A stretch of DNA of 64,000 nucleotides from positions 53,320,001 to 53,384,000 of the forward strand of contig OZ076415.1 in the NCBI GenBank assembly GCA_964187785.1, read 5' to 3'. Source of the DNA: Amphiscolops sp. MND2022 (taxonomy: Eukaryota). Positions 48,791 through 60,334 of the stretch are shown piece by piece; position 1 is the stretch's first letter; every line of letters starts with the position of its first letter. The notes under the pieces are model-generated. The model was not told the DNA's origin. It ran no database searches and saw nothing but the letters and a program-made list of their open reading frames with translations. Position numbers and translations under genes: made by a program.

Positions 48791-50321
48791 TCAGATTTCA
48801 ATACAACTTCTATTTTGAAACTGTCTGGAAAGAACGCAACGGAACACCAATTTTGAGGGGAAAATGCATGTTACTAGCATGACGAAAAACTAGATTAGCG
48901 TCAATATACAAATATATAAAAAAAGTATCAAAGAGTTAGCACTCTACCAGAAGATAACATGATTCAAATTTACTGAAGCTACAACTCTATGCTTCACGTT
49001 TCTACACAATGATTGTTGACTGACATTTGAAAAACCAGCGGCAAGTTTTTGAAATAGGGAAATTTTCGGGAGGACTTCACTGTGAAAGAAAAACGTTTTG
49101 GAAAGCTATAGCTATCAATGCTTTCATTTTTTCAACTCAAGAAATTTGGTTTTTCGATCTTTTCGCATTTTATCGAAAGACACTATAACCGTTACGAACT
49201 TAACAATTCACTATAGAGACGCATGAAATCAAGATGCAAGCGTTTTTCCAAGTCACACTATTTGTCTATATCAAACAGCCTTGTCCTAGAAACAAATCTC
49301 TATCTCTCTGCAACAACAGCAGATTCGGGAATTCGTGAGAGGAAAACGATTCGCTGAGTTCAACGCCAGACTTGTCGATATGATTTGAGTTACACAGAAA
49401 AAATGCGCATCGTTTGAACGATTTAATTGCGAATCTCTATCAATTGATTACTGAATCACTAATATTTATTTTCAGTTCTAATCTTGAATTTAGATGTTTG
49501 AAGAACTTTTATAGTTTTACGTTTATTTAAGTTTTCAAACTACTTTTGTAGTCCTGTACCCGATTAATGTACCCGATATAAACAATTTGTGTTAAAAACA
49601 AAAACAAACTTCTGCTAAATTGCGATTTTTTCTAACGCGAAAATGTTAGCAACTGAACGAGACACCCGCTGATCATCGAAATATTTCACGCTATTATTTC
49701 TCGTAGAAACAACATAAAGACTTGCGGTCCCCAAAAAATAGGCCACACAAAAGCTTCACAATTTGCACAAAAAACATGCTTCACAAAAATGCAAAACATG
49801 AACAATTTTATCTTTTTGGTTCATTTTAGGCAGTTTAATTTTCGTTTTCTTAAGGAAATGAAAATCTGTAGTTTTAGCGTTTTACAACGATATCCGTTTG
49901 AACGTACTAGATTGCTGGAAAATACTTTCCACTTAACCTAGCGGTTAGCGTGCGTGTCTCTGCGCCTAAGCTGGGGCACCAAGCAGGGTAAGTGTGCTAG
50001 AATCCTCCGCAGAACCAAAACTTATGTTCGCAAACATTGCCGAGACCGAAGGGTCCCCTTGAGGTTTTTTCGAGCACTGTGCATTTTTTGCCCAATTATT
50101 GAACAGAGATGGTCTAAGACCTGAAGTAGTTTCAGAGGTGCCAAAGATTCCAACCTTTGAATCTTTAGCAAAAGTTAAAATCGGTAACAGATCAAAGGGT
50201 CTCCAGGTTGGATTTATTTCTGCACATTGCGGAGATTTTCATTGTTCAATGGGTATTTGTCTTCAGTTTCATGCTAAATTCAGTTAAAACCAGACGTCTA
50301 ATTGTCTAACTTAACAACAAC

Positions 50322-50543
50322 TAAAGTAGAGTTAGAAAAAGGTTCTAAGAATTAAAATAAAGCAGCTCAATGGAATGTTAGCTAGGATCAACACGACTGT
50401 AGTTTATCTTGAAAGTGTATATATGTATAATAGCTACATGACTTCAAACATAGGATCATTGGCTGGTAGTTCTATGTCATTCAGTTCGCTGAGTTTCCTG
50501 ATTGACACTTACTAGATTGACACATGTCGTTACCAGTGTCACA
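50322..50543 (-). repeat. 3' LTR (222 bp)
   Basis: Direct repeat of 56042-56267; starts TGTGACAC on the minus strand. Confidence 0.95.
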
Positions 50544-50554
50544 TTCCCTCCTCT
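50544..50554 (-). promoter_or_regulatory. Polypurine tract AGAGGAGGGAA
   Basis: Purine run directly 5' of the 3' LTR on the minus strand. Confidence 0.85.
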
Positions 50555-50671
50555 GCGGCGTTCAAGGGAACCAGTCTTGCGAGGGTTCGCAGTACCTGAT
50601 CCGAGGAGAAGGGGTGGTGGGGTACCTCTTCGGGATGGCGAAGGTATAAGTGCCTGCTAAATGAACCATGG

Positions 50672-53600
50672 TTAGAAATATTCGACACTACCTAATTTAA
50701 CTACCCTTTTTGCCGTTCTTATCCTTTCGGATCTACGTGGTTCTGAATTTGAATCTAATGAACTACTTTCATCGTTAATATTTTGTTTTAACCGTGCTTT
50801 ACCTGCGTAGCCTTGATCTATTGCCTCAGTGTTGAACGTGTTTTGTCCGGTTGTGTCGTCCGGTTGTGTCGTGTCGGCGGCCAGGGCTATCTCTGTGCTG
50901 CAGCCGATTGGAGAGGTCGGCATCGGCGTTTGTGAACGTATTCGTTCCACTTCCCACCCGATCACGGCCATCAGTGCGGTGTCCTCGGTGGCATCTTCCT
51001 CTTCTGAGGTAGCCCTGTTGGCGTAGTTGCTTGTTGATTCCGAGTCACGGCTGGAGGAATCGTACATCACCACGCGGTTATAAGACCGCTTCTTTTTCGC
51101 TGGCATTGTAGGCATTGTGGTGTGGCTGGTGTTCGGTTCGTTGTTGTTGTCGTCTTGTTTGGCGGCCTCGAGACGTAGATGCGTTTCGCACAATTCGCCG
51201 CTACTGAACTTTCCACATCTGCGGCATCTGTTTGTTGGTCTCCTCTGGTCCTCGGGCTTTCTTGGTGTCTGAAAATTCATAAGCTTTGATGCTATTTTTT
51301 TATGTATTACCCTCCCTTCGGAGGTGGTTACTGTGTGTCCTGTTTCGGGTACTGCTGTTAAAATTTTCTTTGTTTTAAAACCGCATTTCATAGAATTCGG
51401 TTTGTTTTCCTTTTCGTAGAACTGGTAATTTTTAAAATCCCGGCTCACCGAACGGCCTTTTTTCTTCGTTTCGTTGAGTACCAGGTAGTCTGCCATCTCT
51501 CCTTCTGAGTCGTTTATGGTGACTACTTAAAGTTCTGTCGGTTGAGCTGAAATATAACTGGTTAATGTTCTCTTCCAATTGGATAGTACACATTCTGGCT
51601 TATCTATCAAATTGGTTAGAGCAGTGCCTGGCTTTCTGCCTAAATGCATCTGAAAATGTGTCATTTTCAATCTGCTATGTGGCGTCAGTCTAATTGATTT
51701 ATCGCTAATTGGACACTATCTTCAAAGGTTAGGCCGTCTGCCATGTTTGCTCTGGTAAATAATTTAATTGTCCGTATAACTCGCTCGACTAAACCGGTAC
51801 CGGTGTGTAAATTAGGCGTGCACCTTATACTTTTAATCTTTTGACCGTCGCAAAACTACTTTTAGAACAACTACCGTTGTCGGTTCGAATAACCCGTGGC
51901 GTTCCATTGTCCGTAAATTATTTCGTTAAAAGTTTTGGGACGGTCCGTGAGTCCGTGCTGTTACAGATATGCGCGGTCGGCCATTTGCTAAAACGGTCAA
52001 TGGCTACTAGAATATATACATCGCCGCGTGTTTTCGATTTGATTGGACCGGCGAAGTCCAATTGGATTTCTTGGTTCGGTTCGGTTGAAATCTCTAGGTT
52101 ATTTTTTTCCGTGGACGGAATTCGAGTAATAATACTCTTACCTGCGGCCCTACAACTTGAGCATGGTTTGGCCTTCTCGTGAACTTCACGGTTCATTCCT
52201 GGCCACCAGAAGGCTCCTGCTAGTTGTTCCATCTTTCCAGGCGACGTGTGTCTGTGATGCAACATGGCAATTACTGTTGTCCGCATATTCTTTGGAATCA
52301 CGATCTTGTCGTTGTAGAACAACAGTCCGAATCTTGTGGATAGGTGTGATCGATGTGGGCGGTAAGGATAAAATATGCTGTCCATTTGTTGATTTTCGAT
52401 GGCAGCAATTGCGTTGAGTAACTTTATATCTCGCGCTGTTTCATCTACGAGGAGAGGAAGATCTAGCGCAAAGTGCTTTTCCACTCTTTTGATGGCTTCT
52501 TCGGTGTTATCATTCTGGTCGGCACTAAGTAGGTTTTTCTTTGCCGTCTGTTTAAGTCTGATCAAATTCACGGTCTCGTGGTGTTTCTTGAATTTCCTCA
52601 AGGCATTTGTCGGGCATTTGTCCTGTTTGGTCCGGCTGGTTTCGCTTTCCCCGCCCGACTGGTCGCTATGTAGCCAGGATTCGTTGTTGTTTTGTTGGTA
52701 TTCCAACAAAGGGGTCGTCCAAGTTGTTTCGCAGTATTGGAAGAAGCGGTTATAGATCTCGATATTAAGTTCTACTATCCTCTTTCTGCTGGCTTGGTTT
52801 GGCCGATACTCCCGTATCCGCTCACTCTCTTTACCTTTTCCAACCATTCGTGTCCGGTCTGGTTTCAGTAGTTGGTTTCTCTTGATCCACAAGCGTTTGG
52901 TTTCCGGGGAGTGGCCTCTCTTCTTGCATATAAAGTTCATGTCAATGCCGTTGACTTTGTCCATTCTTGAATTTGGTAATTTGCGATTTATGGCGTTAAT
53001 GCTAATTGACTGTGGTGAGGTTTCGAACAAATGAGTGTTTGAATTTTGTTCGCGTACGTTCTTATCGCGCTGTGATTGGTCTAAATTTTCTCTCGCGTTC
53101 AGTTGTTCGGGGAATCGTTTTATGCTTCCTCGCTCTCGGTTGAACTCAAATAAACCGTATATTTGATTGACGACGAACTCCTCGTTGGCTTCTGCTTCGT
53201 TTCGTCCGTCGGCTTTGTTTTCTAGTTCGGCTATTTCGGTCGGTGCGATAAGATGACGTCTTCGGTAATCCGTTAGCGGAATGTTTTTGCCGGCTGTGTA
53301 CTGAATAGTAACATCGAAATGGCTCAGCCTATCCAACCAACGAGTCAGCCGTGCGCTGTATTGTTTATGTGCCCGGTTCTTTTTCAGTAATGGTTGTAAT
53401 GCCTGGTGATCTGTCAGCAATTTTACTCTCTTACCGTAAACGTAATACCTGAAATGCTCTAATCTCCATAAAGCTCCCAACAATTCTAATTCATTTATTG
53501 CGTATTTTCTTTCGGAATCGGTTAAAAATCTACTGGCAAAAGAAATGGGTCTAAGTAGTACACGTTCCTTTTGCCACAAGGTCGCACCCAGTCCAGTGTT

Positions 53601-55099
53601 GCAGGCGTCAGTTGTAATGTAATTGTCCCTTTTTGGGTCGAAGTGGGCCAAGCATGGGGCTTCCGTAATCTCCTTTTTCAGTTTTTTGAAATCATCGTCT
53701 ACTTCTGCTGTCCATTCCCATTTGACGTCCTTTTTTCAGTAATTTTCTCATTTGATCGGTATTCTTCACTAGATTGTTGATGAATTTGGACAAGTGTTGT
53801 ATGGAACCAAGGAAAGATTTTAATTCCTTTACATTCTTCGGTGCAGCTAGTTTGGTTATCGCTTCTGTTTTTATCTTTGATTGGCTTTACGCCGCTTTGA
53901 TTGATGAAATTGCCCAGCCAGGTTAGTTCTTTCTTGAACAATTCCGTCTTCTTTTCACTAGCTCGGTATCCGGCGTTCTGCAATTTCTTAAGGACTTCTC
54001 GTACTTCTTTCTCGTGAACTTCGATGCTGCCGTTAGTCACGCAAAAGATGTCATCGAGCCAAACTGGGGTTTTAAACTCTAGCACACTGTCAATGTGTTC
54101 CTGGAACACCGTTGGAATATCTGATAATCCGTAGAAGCCTTTCTTGAAGCGATAGTTACCGGTAAAGTCTCCGCCGATAATCGAAAATACGCAGTGTCTG
54201 GCTGCTTCTTTAGACACTCTTGCCTGGCCGTAGGCGTAGTCTAAGTCTATCTTAGACATCCAAATTTCGCCTTCGCCGTTGATTATCTTGGCAGAAATTT
54301 TACTGATTAGCTCCTCCATGTTTGGCATTGCGGCTTTTCGTTTTATGCATGCCTCGTTAAGCTTTCTTGAATCCAACGCAATTTTGACAGATTTGTCCTT
54401 TTTGATAGTGATGACTGCAGGGGAATTGAAGCAATTTTCTGTAGTTTCATCAGCTTTCTCGATATGTCCCGATTTGATAAGTTTCTCTAGTTCCTCTTGG
54501 ACATTTTTTTGAAAATGTATAGGAACTGGCCGTCCCTTTTGTTGTATGGGCTTGATGTCTTTCTTTAGCTGAATGTCGATCGTTAGGTCTTTTATGGTAT
54601 GGTTGTTTTTGATTAAGTCTTCGTGCTCACTGATGATTTTCTTTAGTCTCTCATCTTCTTCTACATGGCGGATCACATTCGTCTTTTTGCTGCCTTGTAG
54701 CCCAATTTCCAGTTTATCCAGCCAGTCCAATCCCAATAGTGGTTGTGTATTTTTGTTATCTGTGATAAGGATAGGCAGTATTTCTTTACTCTTTTCTGTT
54801 TTCGCTTCGACCATTGCCTCACCCTTAAATCTGATGGGATTTCTGTTCACGTCGACGAAGGTTTTTGTCGTTTTCTTTATTTCTTTTGGTGTCATAATTG
54901 GAGGTATGATCGTCACGGGTGAGCCGGTATCATTGATAATTTCTATTGGTTGACCGTGGACCAATAGGATTGTTTTGTAAAAATCAACTCGGTTCACACC
55001 GTTGACGGACTGAATATGATCGATCTCCGGCCATGGTTCGGTGCTGCTGTCCGATGAAGCTTTTTCTTTTATCCGGCTGACGGTTTTGGATTTGCACAC
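50672..55099 (-). pseudogene. pol: Pol polyprotein (PR, RT, RNase H, long spacer, IN, C-terminal tail), frameshifted
   Basis: INDTGSPVT (PR); IALDSRKLN, KIDLDYAY and WLDDIF (RT); ITTDACNTG and LLTDHQAL (RH); HHRHTSPG..C..C, QLDFAGP and IDRFSKW (IN). Confidence 0.95.
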
Positions 55100-55112
55100 C
55101 TTGGCAAAATGT

Positions 55113-56013
55113 TCATCTTCTTACAGTTGTTGCATTGGGCCTTCCGTGCCGGACAAATGTGTTCCATTGACCAGTTTGGTTTTCCGCAAAAGCGGCAATT
55201 GCGGTTTGAAAACTTTTTCTTCTCGGTAAAATTTGTTTTGCGTTTCCGTGACTGGTTGGTATGAGCGATCTATTCGGTGGATGTCGAGCTGTTTGATGAA
55301 TCTTTTCTGGCTTTTTTGCTTCTCGGTCTCTTGTCCCCGTACTTCCGGTTGTAGTTGTCAAGTTCTATAGTGTCTAGGACCAGTTGTAATTTCAGTGGGC
55401 CTTTTATGAATTTGTCGCGGGCTTTTTTGTTTTGAATTGTTGATGCGAACTTGTATGTAATGATTTCGTCCAGTGTGATAGTGCCAAAATCGCATTTTCT
55501 TTCAATGTCCATTAGTCTTTTCCAGTATTCGTCAAGTGTTTCGCTATCTTCCTGCTTCATGTTGAAGAATTGTGCTCTGCTGTGGAATACATTTCTCGCA
55601 GGGAGGAAGGTTTTCTTGAAAAATGTCAGTAGTTAGGGTAGGTTCACATCTTTCAGTTCACGGCCACATTGGCCTCTCATGATCTCATGTTTGGCTTTTG
55701 GGCCAAGTGCCCAAATGACGTCGCCTTTATTGTGGTAAACCGTATGTGGATCCAGGTACTCTGTTCCTTCGTCAATGATTTCTTCTAGATGAAGGTTGTA
55801 TGTCAGATGGATATATTCCGAGATCTGTTCCCACCACATTTTAGGGTTGGTTTTGGTGAGATCCGTTTCCCTGTCCGATAAAATCGGAATTTTGTATTTA
55901 GTTTCCTCCATCCGTTCTGACGATGTTGTTTGATTGTTGTTCGTTCTGGTTGATCGCTCCGATGTATTCGGTTCACCTTCCGTTAAATTAGGGTTGGTGT
56001 TGTTGTTTTCCAT
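55113..56013 (-). pseudogene. gag: Gag, frameshifted, with zinc-knuckle remnant
   Basis: ATG at 56013 just after the PBS; QEDSETLDEYWKRLMDIERKCDF; C-terminal Cys cluster near 55200-55120. Confidence 0.8.
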
Positions 56014-56026
56014 TGTTTCGTTCAGA

Positions 56027-56041
56027 CTGCTGACTGCGCCA
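56027..56041 (-). promoter_or_regulatory. Primer-binding site (tRNA-Ser-like) TGGCGCAGTCAGCAG
   Basis: Directly follows the 5' LTR and resembles the complement of a tRNA-Ser 3' end (TGGCGTAGTCGGCAG), compared from memory. Confidence 0.75.
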
Positions 56042-56267
56042 TAAAGTAAAGTTAGAAAAGGGTTCTAAGAATGAATTAAAATAAAGCAGCTCAATGGAAT
56101 GTTAGCTAGGATCAACACGACTGTAGTTTACCTTGAAAGTGTATATATGTATAGTAGCTACATGACTTCAAACATAGGATCATTGGCTGGTAGTTCTATG
56201 TCCTTCAGTTCGCTGAGTTTTCTGATTGACACTTGCAAGATTGACAAATGTCGTTACCCGTGTCACA
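56042..56267 (-). repeat. 5' LTR (226 bp)
   Basis: Direct repeat of 50322-50543. Confidence 0.95.
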
Positions 56268-58494
56268 ACAATGTCTAAAGTTGGCGCGAAATCTAAGGCT
56301 CAAAATTCACAAAGTTTTTGAAATTATCAAAGGGGGACCCTTTGGGCTTTTTGAATATCCAGTTTGTTGCAAAATATCAAAAAAATGAAGGGGGACCCTT
56401 TGGAGACATTAAAGAATTTTCGAAAAAAACTCTCACAAAGCCGAAAAGGGGCGCGGAAGTCTCATAGTGCCGAAAAATGGAAAGGGGAACCTTCTGCTTT
56501 GCAGTGGTTTTGTTTTTCATGTTAGAGGTTTTGGACGCGTTCAAAATTAAGTACTACCTACTTTTGGTAAACGTGTACAGTGCACAATAAGTGGTACATA
56601 CATGGTGAGGTCTGTGGTCTGACGAAAAAAAGAACAAAGAAAAAAACTAGCCACTGTAATAGTCGGGCACTTTTCACTAAAAATTGTAATTGGAGCCTCA
56701 AGAATCTTTTTTATGGCCAATGTTTGATTGTGAAATTTTTTTAAAAATAAATATAGGTGAATTTTTTTCTTCTAGTGGTTAACACAGAGCAAGAGTTAGC
56801 ATCTAATCAAAGTCGAACTTGTATTTTGTTTGCATTCAACTATGATAATACCGTTTCCGATAATAACGTCTGATTCAATGAAACAATCGTTTGTGAATCG
56901 CTGACGTTAAATACACATTTGATTAGATCTTGCAAGGAAATAGATGGGCGTTTACATCTGGTTAGTGTCGAACTTTCGTATCTCTTCAATTTAAACTCAC
57001 TAATAAATTGTTTCGGATATAAAGCTTATAGCGTTTAAGAGCGTCACAATCAAAAGTCTTGTTGAAAGGAATAACTCGTGAAATGCTTGGTTTTATAATG
57101 CATTTTGGCAACCCTATTTGATAGTTTTTGCAAAAACTTGTTCTCAGATCTCTAGAAAATTTCTTATGGAGATAATTCCGTTTCTCTGATTACTTTTTCT
57201 TTTCCAAGCAAATGAGGTTTCGAAGCGTCCAAGTTGTTTCTAAAATAGTTTGTAAACAAGTATGAAAGCTATCGCAAAGCCACTGGGCTTCTTGTTTTCT
57301 CTAAATTTCCAACTTTTTCCAAAAACGCCGACTCGGCGCCGACTCGGAGTAGCTAATTGACTTTCCGTTGAGTTTGTAAATTTCCTTGGCGACGAAAAGT
57401 TCATCGAATGAAAAGTCAAAAATTGAAGTAACTAGCCGGGAACGGCTCAAGTCAGACCCCCGCTTAAGCCTCAAAAAAAGCAAAAGTACTTCAAAGCGTC
57501 GATATTTTCTCTTGAAAAAATTCTCAATTTTACAGTTCCGCAAAAACCCATAGGGGGACCCTTTTGGTCTTAAAAGAACTTTTTTGCTTTTACTCACCAA
57601 AAATATCAATTACTTCGGATATAACGTCAAAAATTCAGATATAGTGTGCTTTTTTCGACTTTGGAAGGAAACGAAACATCACAACAGATACAATTTGAAC
57701 CTCCGCATTTGTAGAACTTTAAGAGAACCAATTTGGTCATTGTCAGTTCGTGTGGATTGAAAAAAATGCCACCATAATAACCGCCTTTTATTTTCAATAA
57801 ACCGCCGACTAAAAAAGGCCAAGTTTTCATTTTGGTGCTGTTGATTTTGAGTATTTGTTCCACAGAAGTCAAAATATCTTCTCGAGAAATATTCTATGGA
57901 GCTAAATGTTTAGTCACTGGACTCTGTTGATATTCAATCAGACAAAAACATTCATTTATCGTACAAGAGTTGCAGAAAATTTTGGTTTTTTTGTTTCATT
58001 TTGGTTTTATGTTTCAGGCATTTCCGTCAAAAAAGTTCAGATGTCTTCCTAAATGTATAAAAAAGTTATCTTTCAAATGGTTGCTGTTTTTTCCAAACGC
58101 CGAAGTTAACTTTGGAAAAAACAGCAAACATTTGAAAGATACTTTTTCCCCGTATATAATATGCATCATTGCGATTCGCTTTCAATAAATTGGTTAAAAA
58201 ACGCCATTAAAACCTCTTACCTGTCTTTACAAAATCTGCGTAAAAGTTAGTCGAAATTTTCAACCTAATTCAAAAAGATACCAATATGATGAACAAATGG
58301 GAGAGAAATGGCTTTCCAACGTACCCAGAAATATTGGTATGTTTCGATTGAGAATGATACCCATGCTGTGTGATCTTAGATCTGTTTCTCCTTTTGAAAC
58401 TGGAAAACAATGTTTTTTAATGAGAAAAGATTTCTTTTTGTGGCCCCCTTCACAACACTCTAAGCTTCAAGTCAATTGTTAATTACAATCCACA

Positions 58495-58958
58495 GGTATG
58501 CGGAAAACTCGTCGAAAACAACTCGCCGAATGCAACTCGTCGAAAACAACTCGTCGAAATTAAAGGGCGGAAAACTGGTCGAAAATTAACTCGTCGAATG
58601 ATAATTAAGTGCAAACTCGTCGAATACTCACTGGGATGATTCAGTTCTAATTATGGTTTAATTTTCGTTAATTGATGCGTAAAATCTTAAGTTTTACGCA
58701 TAATATAGCCTTTTCAGTTATATAATTGCTTGAAATGTTTCATTTTTATAGTTTACAGTGTAATACTTCATAACACGATATGATCACAAAGTTAGCACTA
58801 TATTTGCCTGAGATTATTTTCTATTCTTGCGACGAGTTTTCCGTCGGAGAATTTTCGACGAGTTGCTTTTCGACGAGTTTTCCGCCTAGTATTTTCGACG
58901 AGTTGTTTTCGGCGAGTTGTTTTCGACGGGTTGTTTTCGACGAGTTTTCCTAGATTCC
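58495..58958. mobile_element. Foldback/MITE element with modular AACTCGTCGAA terminal repeats and 8-9 bp TSD
   Basis: The left arm (58495-58625) repeats AACTCGTCGAA and the right arm (58825-58958) repeats TTCGACGAGTT. (C)AATCCACA flanks both ends (58486-58494 and 58958-58966). Confidence 0.85.
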
Positions 58959-59413
58959 AATCCACAAGGTACGTTTTGTGCATGAAAAAAAAACAGAGTG
59001 GAACATGCGCCGAAGCTAACTAAACTCACCAAGATTTTTTCAAAAGAGGTTCAAAACAGCTCTTGAGTACTTTTTTAATCTAAGCCAACATGGACAACTA
59101 CACAATTTTGTAACGATTTCATTATTCCATAATATATGTGTTTCATAGAACACTTTTGCGCAGAACTAAAAAAAATCCAGAAACATCAAAAAATTTAATA
59201 TACAATCAGCTCCACATGTCTAATTTTACAACTTTCAGGTTCTTGGTTCAGTTTTTCTTCAATAAGTTGAAAGTTTACGATGAGTTGAAACACGGTGAGT
59301 CCGCTAGAAATTTAATAAACAACAACTTTGATCAAATAAAAGTCCATCTACTGATGTTTGATCCCGTATCAAATTTTCGCCATCATAGAACTTAGATATG
59401 TATCCAATCGCAA

Positions 59414-60334
59414 TTATACAACCATGTCACACACCGAAAAGTATTGTCCACTGTACTGAACATCTCCCAAATACACTCGGTCTGATTTCAACAAGTTTAC
59501 TACCCCATATTGTTTCCCTCCTTTGTTATTGGGTTGCTCATTGGCCCATACAAGTCGCTTGTCTCCTATAGCTTCTCCATCAATGTCTCGCCAAATCTTG
59601 TGATCGGTCGTGTATATTCCCAGCCAATGAGTTTCGCCCAACTTTTGGTGAAAAAAGTCCAGTTGATTTTTCGTTCCATCGACTTGAGAAAATAATTTTC
59701 CTCCTTTTTGGATGCAGTAGTCTTTTGCATCGCGGAAATGTTTGGGAGTTTTTATCCATTTAAGCCAACTGACAACTTTTACTTCATTCGTTTCACCACC
59801 AATGCCTCCATGAGCGGGTTCTATCAGCCGTTGACGCCTATGGAACTCTTTCCAACTTGAAGGCTTATCTTCATTATAGTCAAAACTCCACAATCCCCAC
59901 TGGCCGTCGACTCGTTTTTTGTTGATTCTACAAACTCTGGTGACGTCATCATTCTTAATGTCAACCAATAAGCCATTTTCTTGACACAGAGGACGGCTGT
60001 TTTTCTTCATCTCTGTGTATTCACTGTTCGAGACTTCTGTCAAAAATGTTTGAGCATTTTCAACGGAGAACGTATCATCGGAACTTAGTTCACAAGTAGC
60101 TCTGTTACGAAAGTTGAATGAGCGACAAATAGAGAGCCTATTGCAAGCTAAAGCACAGCCATTTTTTGTATATCCCGTCAATGATTGGACAATGCCATGA
60201 GTAAATCTTGCACCGTTATTCGTTTCCTCAAATGGCGCATACTGAATAGCTTTGGGTTGCAAAGTTACTAATTTAGCATTTGACGTACTCAGAAGCGCAA
60301 TCATATAATTCAACGACAAAAGATAAATCGACAT
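59414..60334 (-). CDS. Secreted PAN/Apple + C-type lectin protein (306 aa), intronless
   Basis: Hydrophobic N-terminus; CALACNRLSICRSFNF...CELS (PAN/Apple); DGQWGLWS (TSP1-like start); AKDYC..GGKL, HWLGI, WANEQPNN and terminal SVCD (CTLD). The ORF is intact. Confidence 0.85.
   Translation of the reverse strand: MSIYLLSLNYMIALLSTSNAKLVTLQPKAIQYAPFEETNNGARFTHGIVQSLTGYTKNGCALACNRLSICRSFNFRNRATCELSSDDTFSVENAQTFLTEVSNSEYTEMKKNSRPLCQENGLLVDIKNDDVTRVCRINKKRVDGQWGLWSFDYNEDKPSSWKEFHRRQRLIEPAHGGIGGETNEVKVVSWLKWIKTPKHFRDAKDYCIQKGGKLFSQVDGTKNQLDFFHQKLGETHWLGIYTTDHKIWRDIDGEAIGDKRLVWANEQPNNKGGKQYGVVNLLKSDRVYLGDVQYSGQYFSVCDMVV

Larger units (their letters stand above)
50322..56267 (-). mobile_element. Full-length Gypsy/Ty3 LTR retrotransposon (5.9 kb), inactivated
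   Basis: Paired LTRs, PBS, PPT, gag and PR-RT-RH-IN; flanks ACAAC / ACAAT (imperfect 5-bp TSD). Confidence 0.95.

Noticed and set aside
49940-50030. tRNA or tRNA-derived SINE head
   Set aside because: Only an A-box-like stretch is present; no cloverleaf or B-box could be identified.
50555-50650. HDV-ribozyme-like look (hairpin ATCCGAGGAG...CTCTTCGGGAT followed by GGCGAA) in the Gypsy 3' UTR
   Set aside because: I could not build P1, P2 and P3 with proper pairing, and the motif is on the strand antisense to the element RNA. It is kept only as a GC-rich stem-loop; an Infernal search would settle it.
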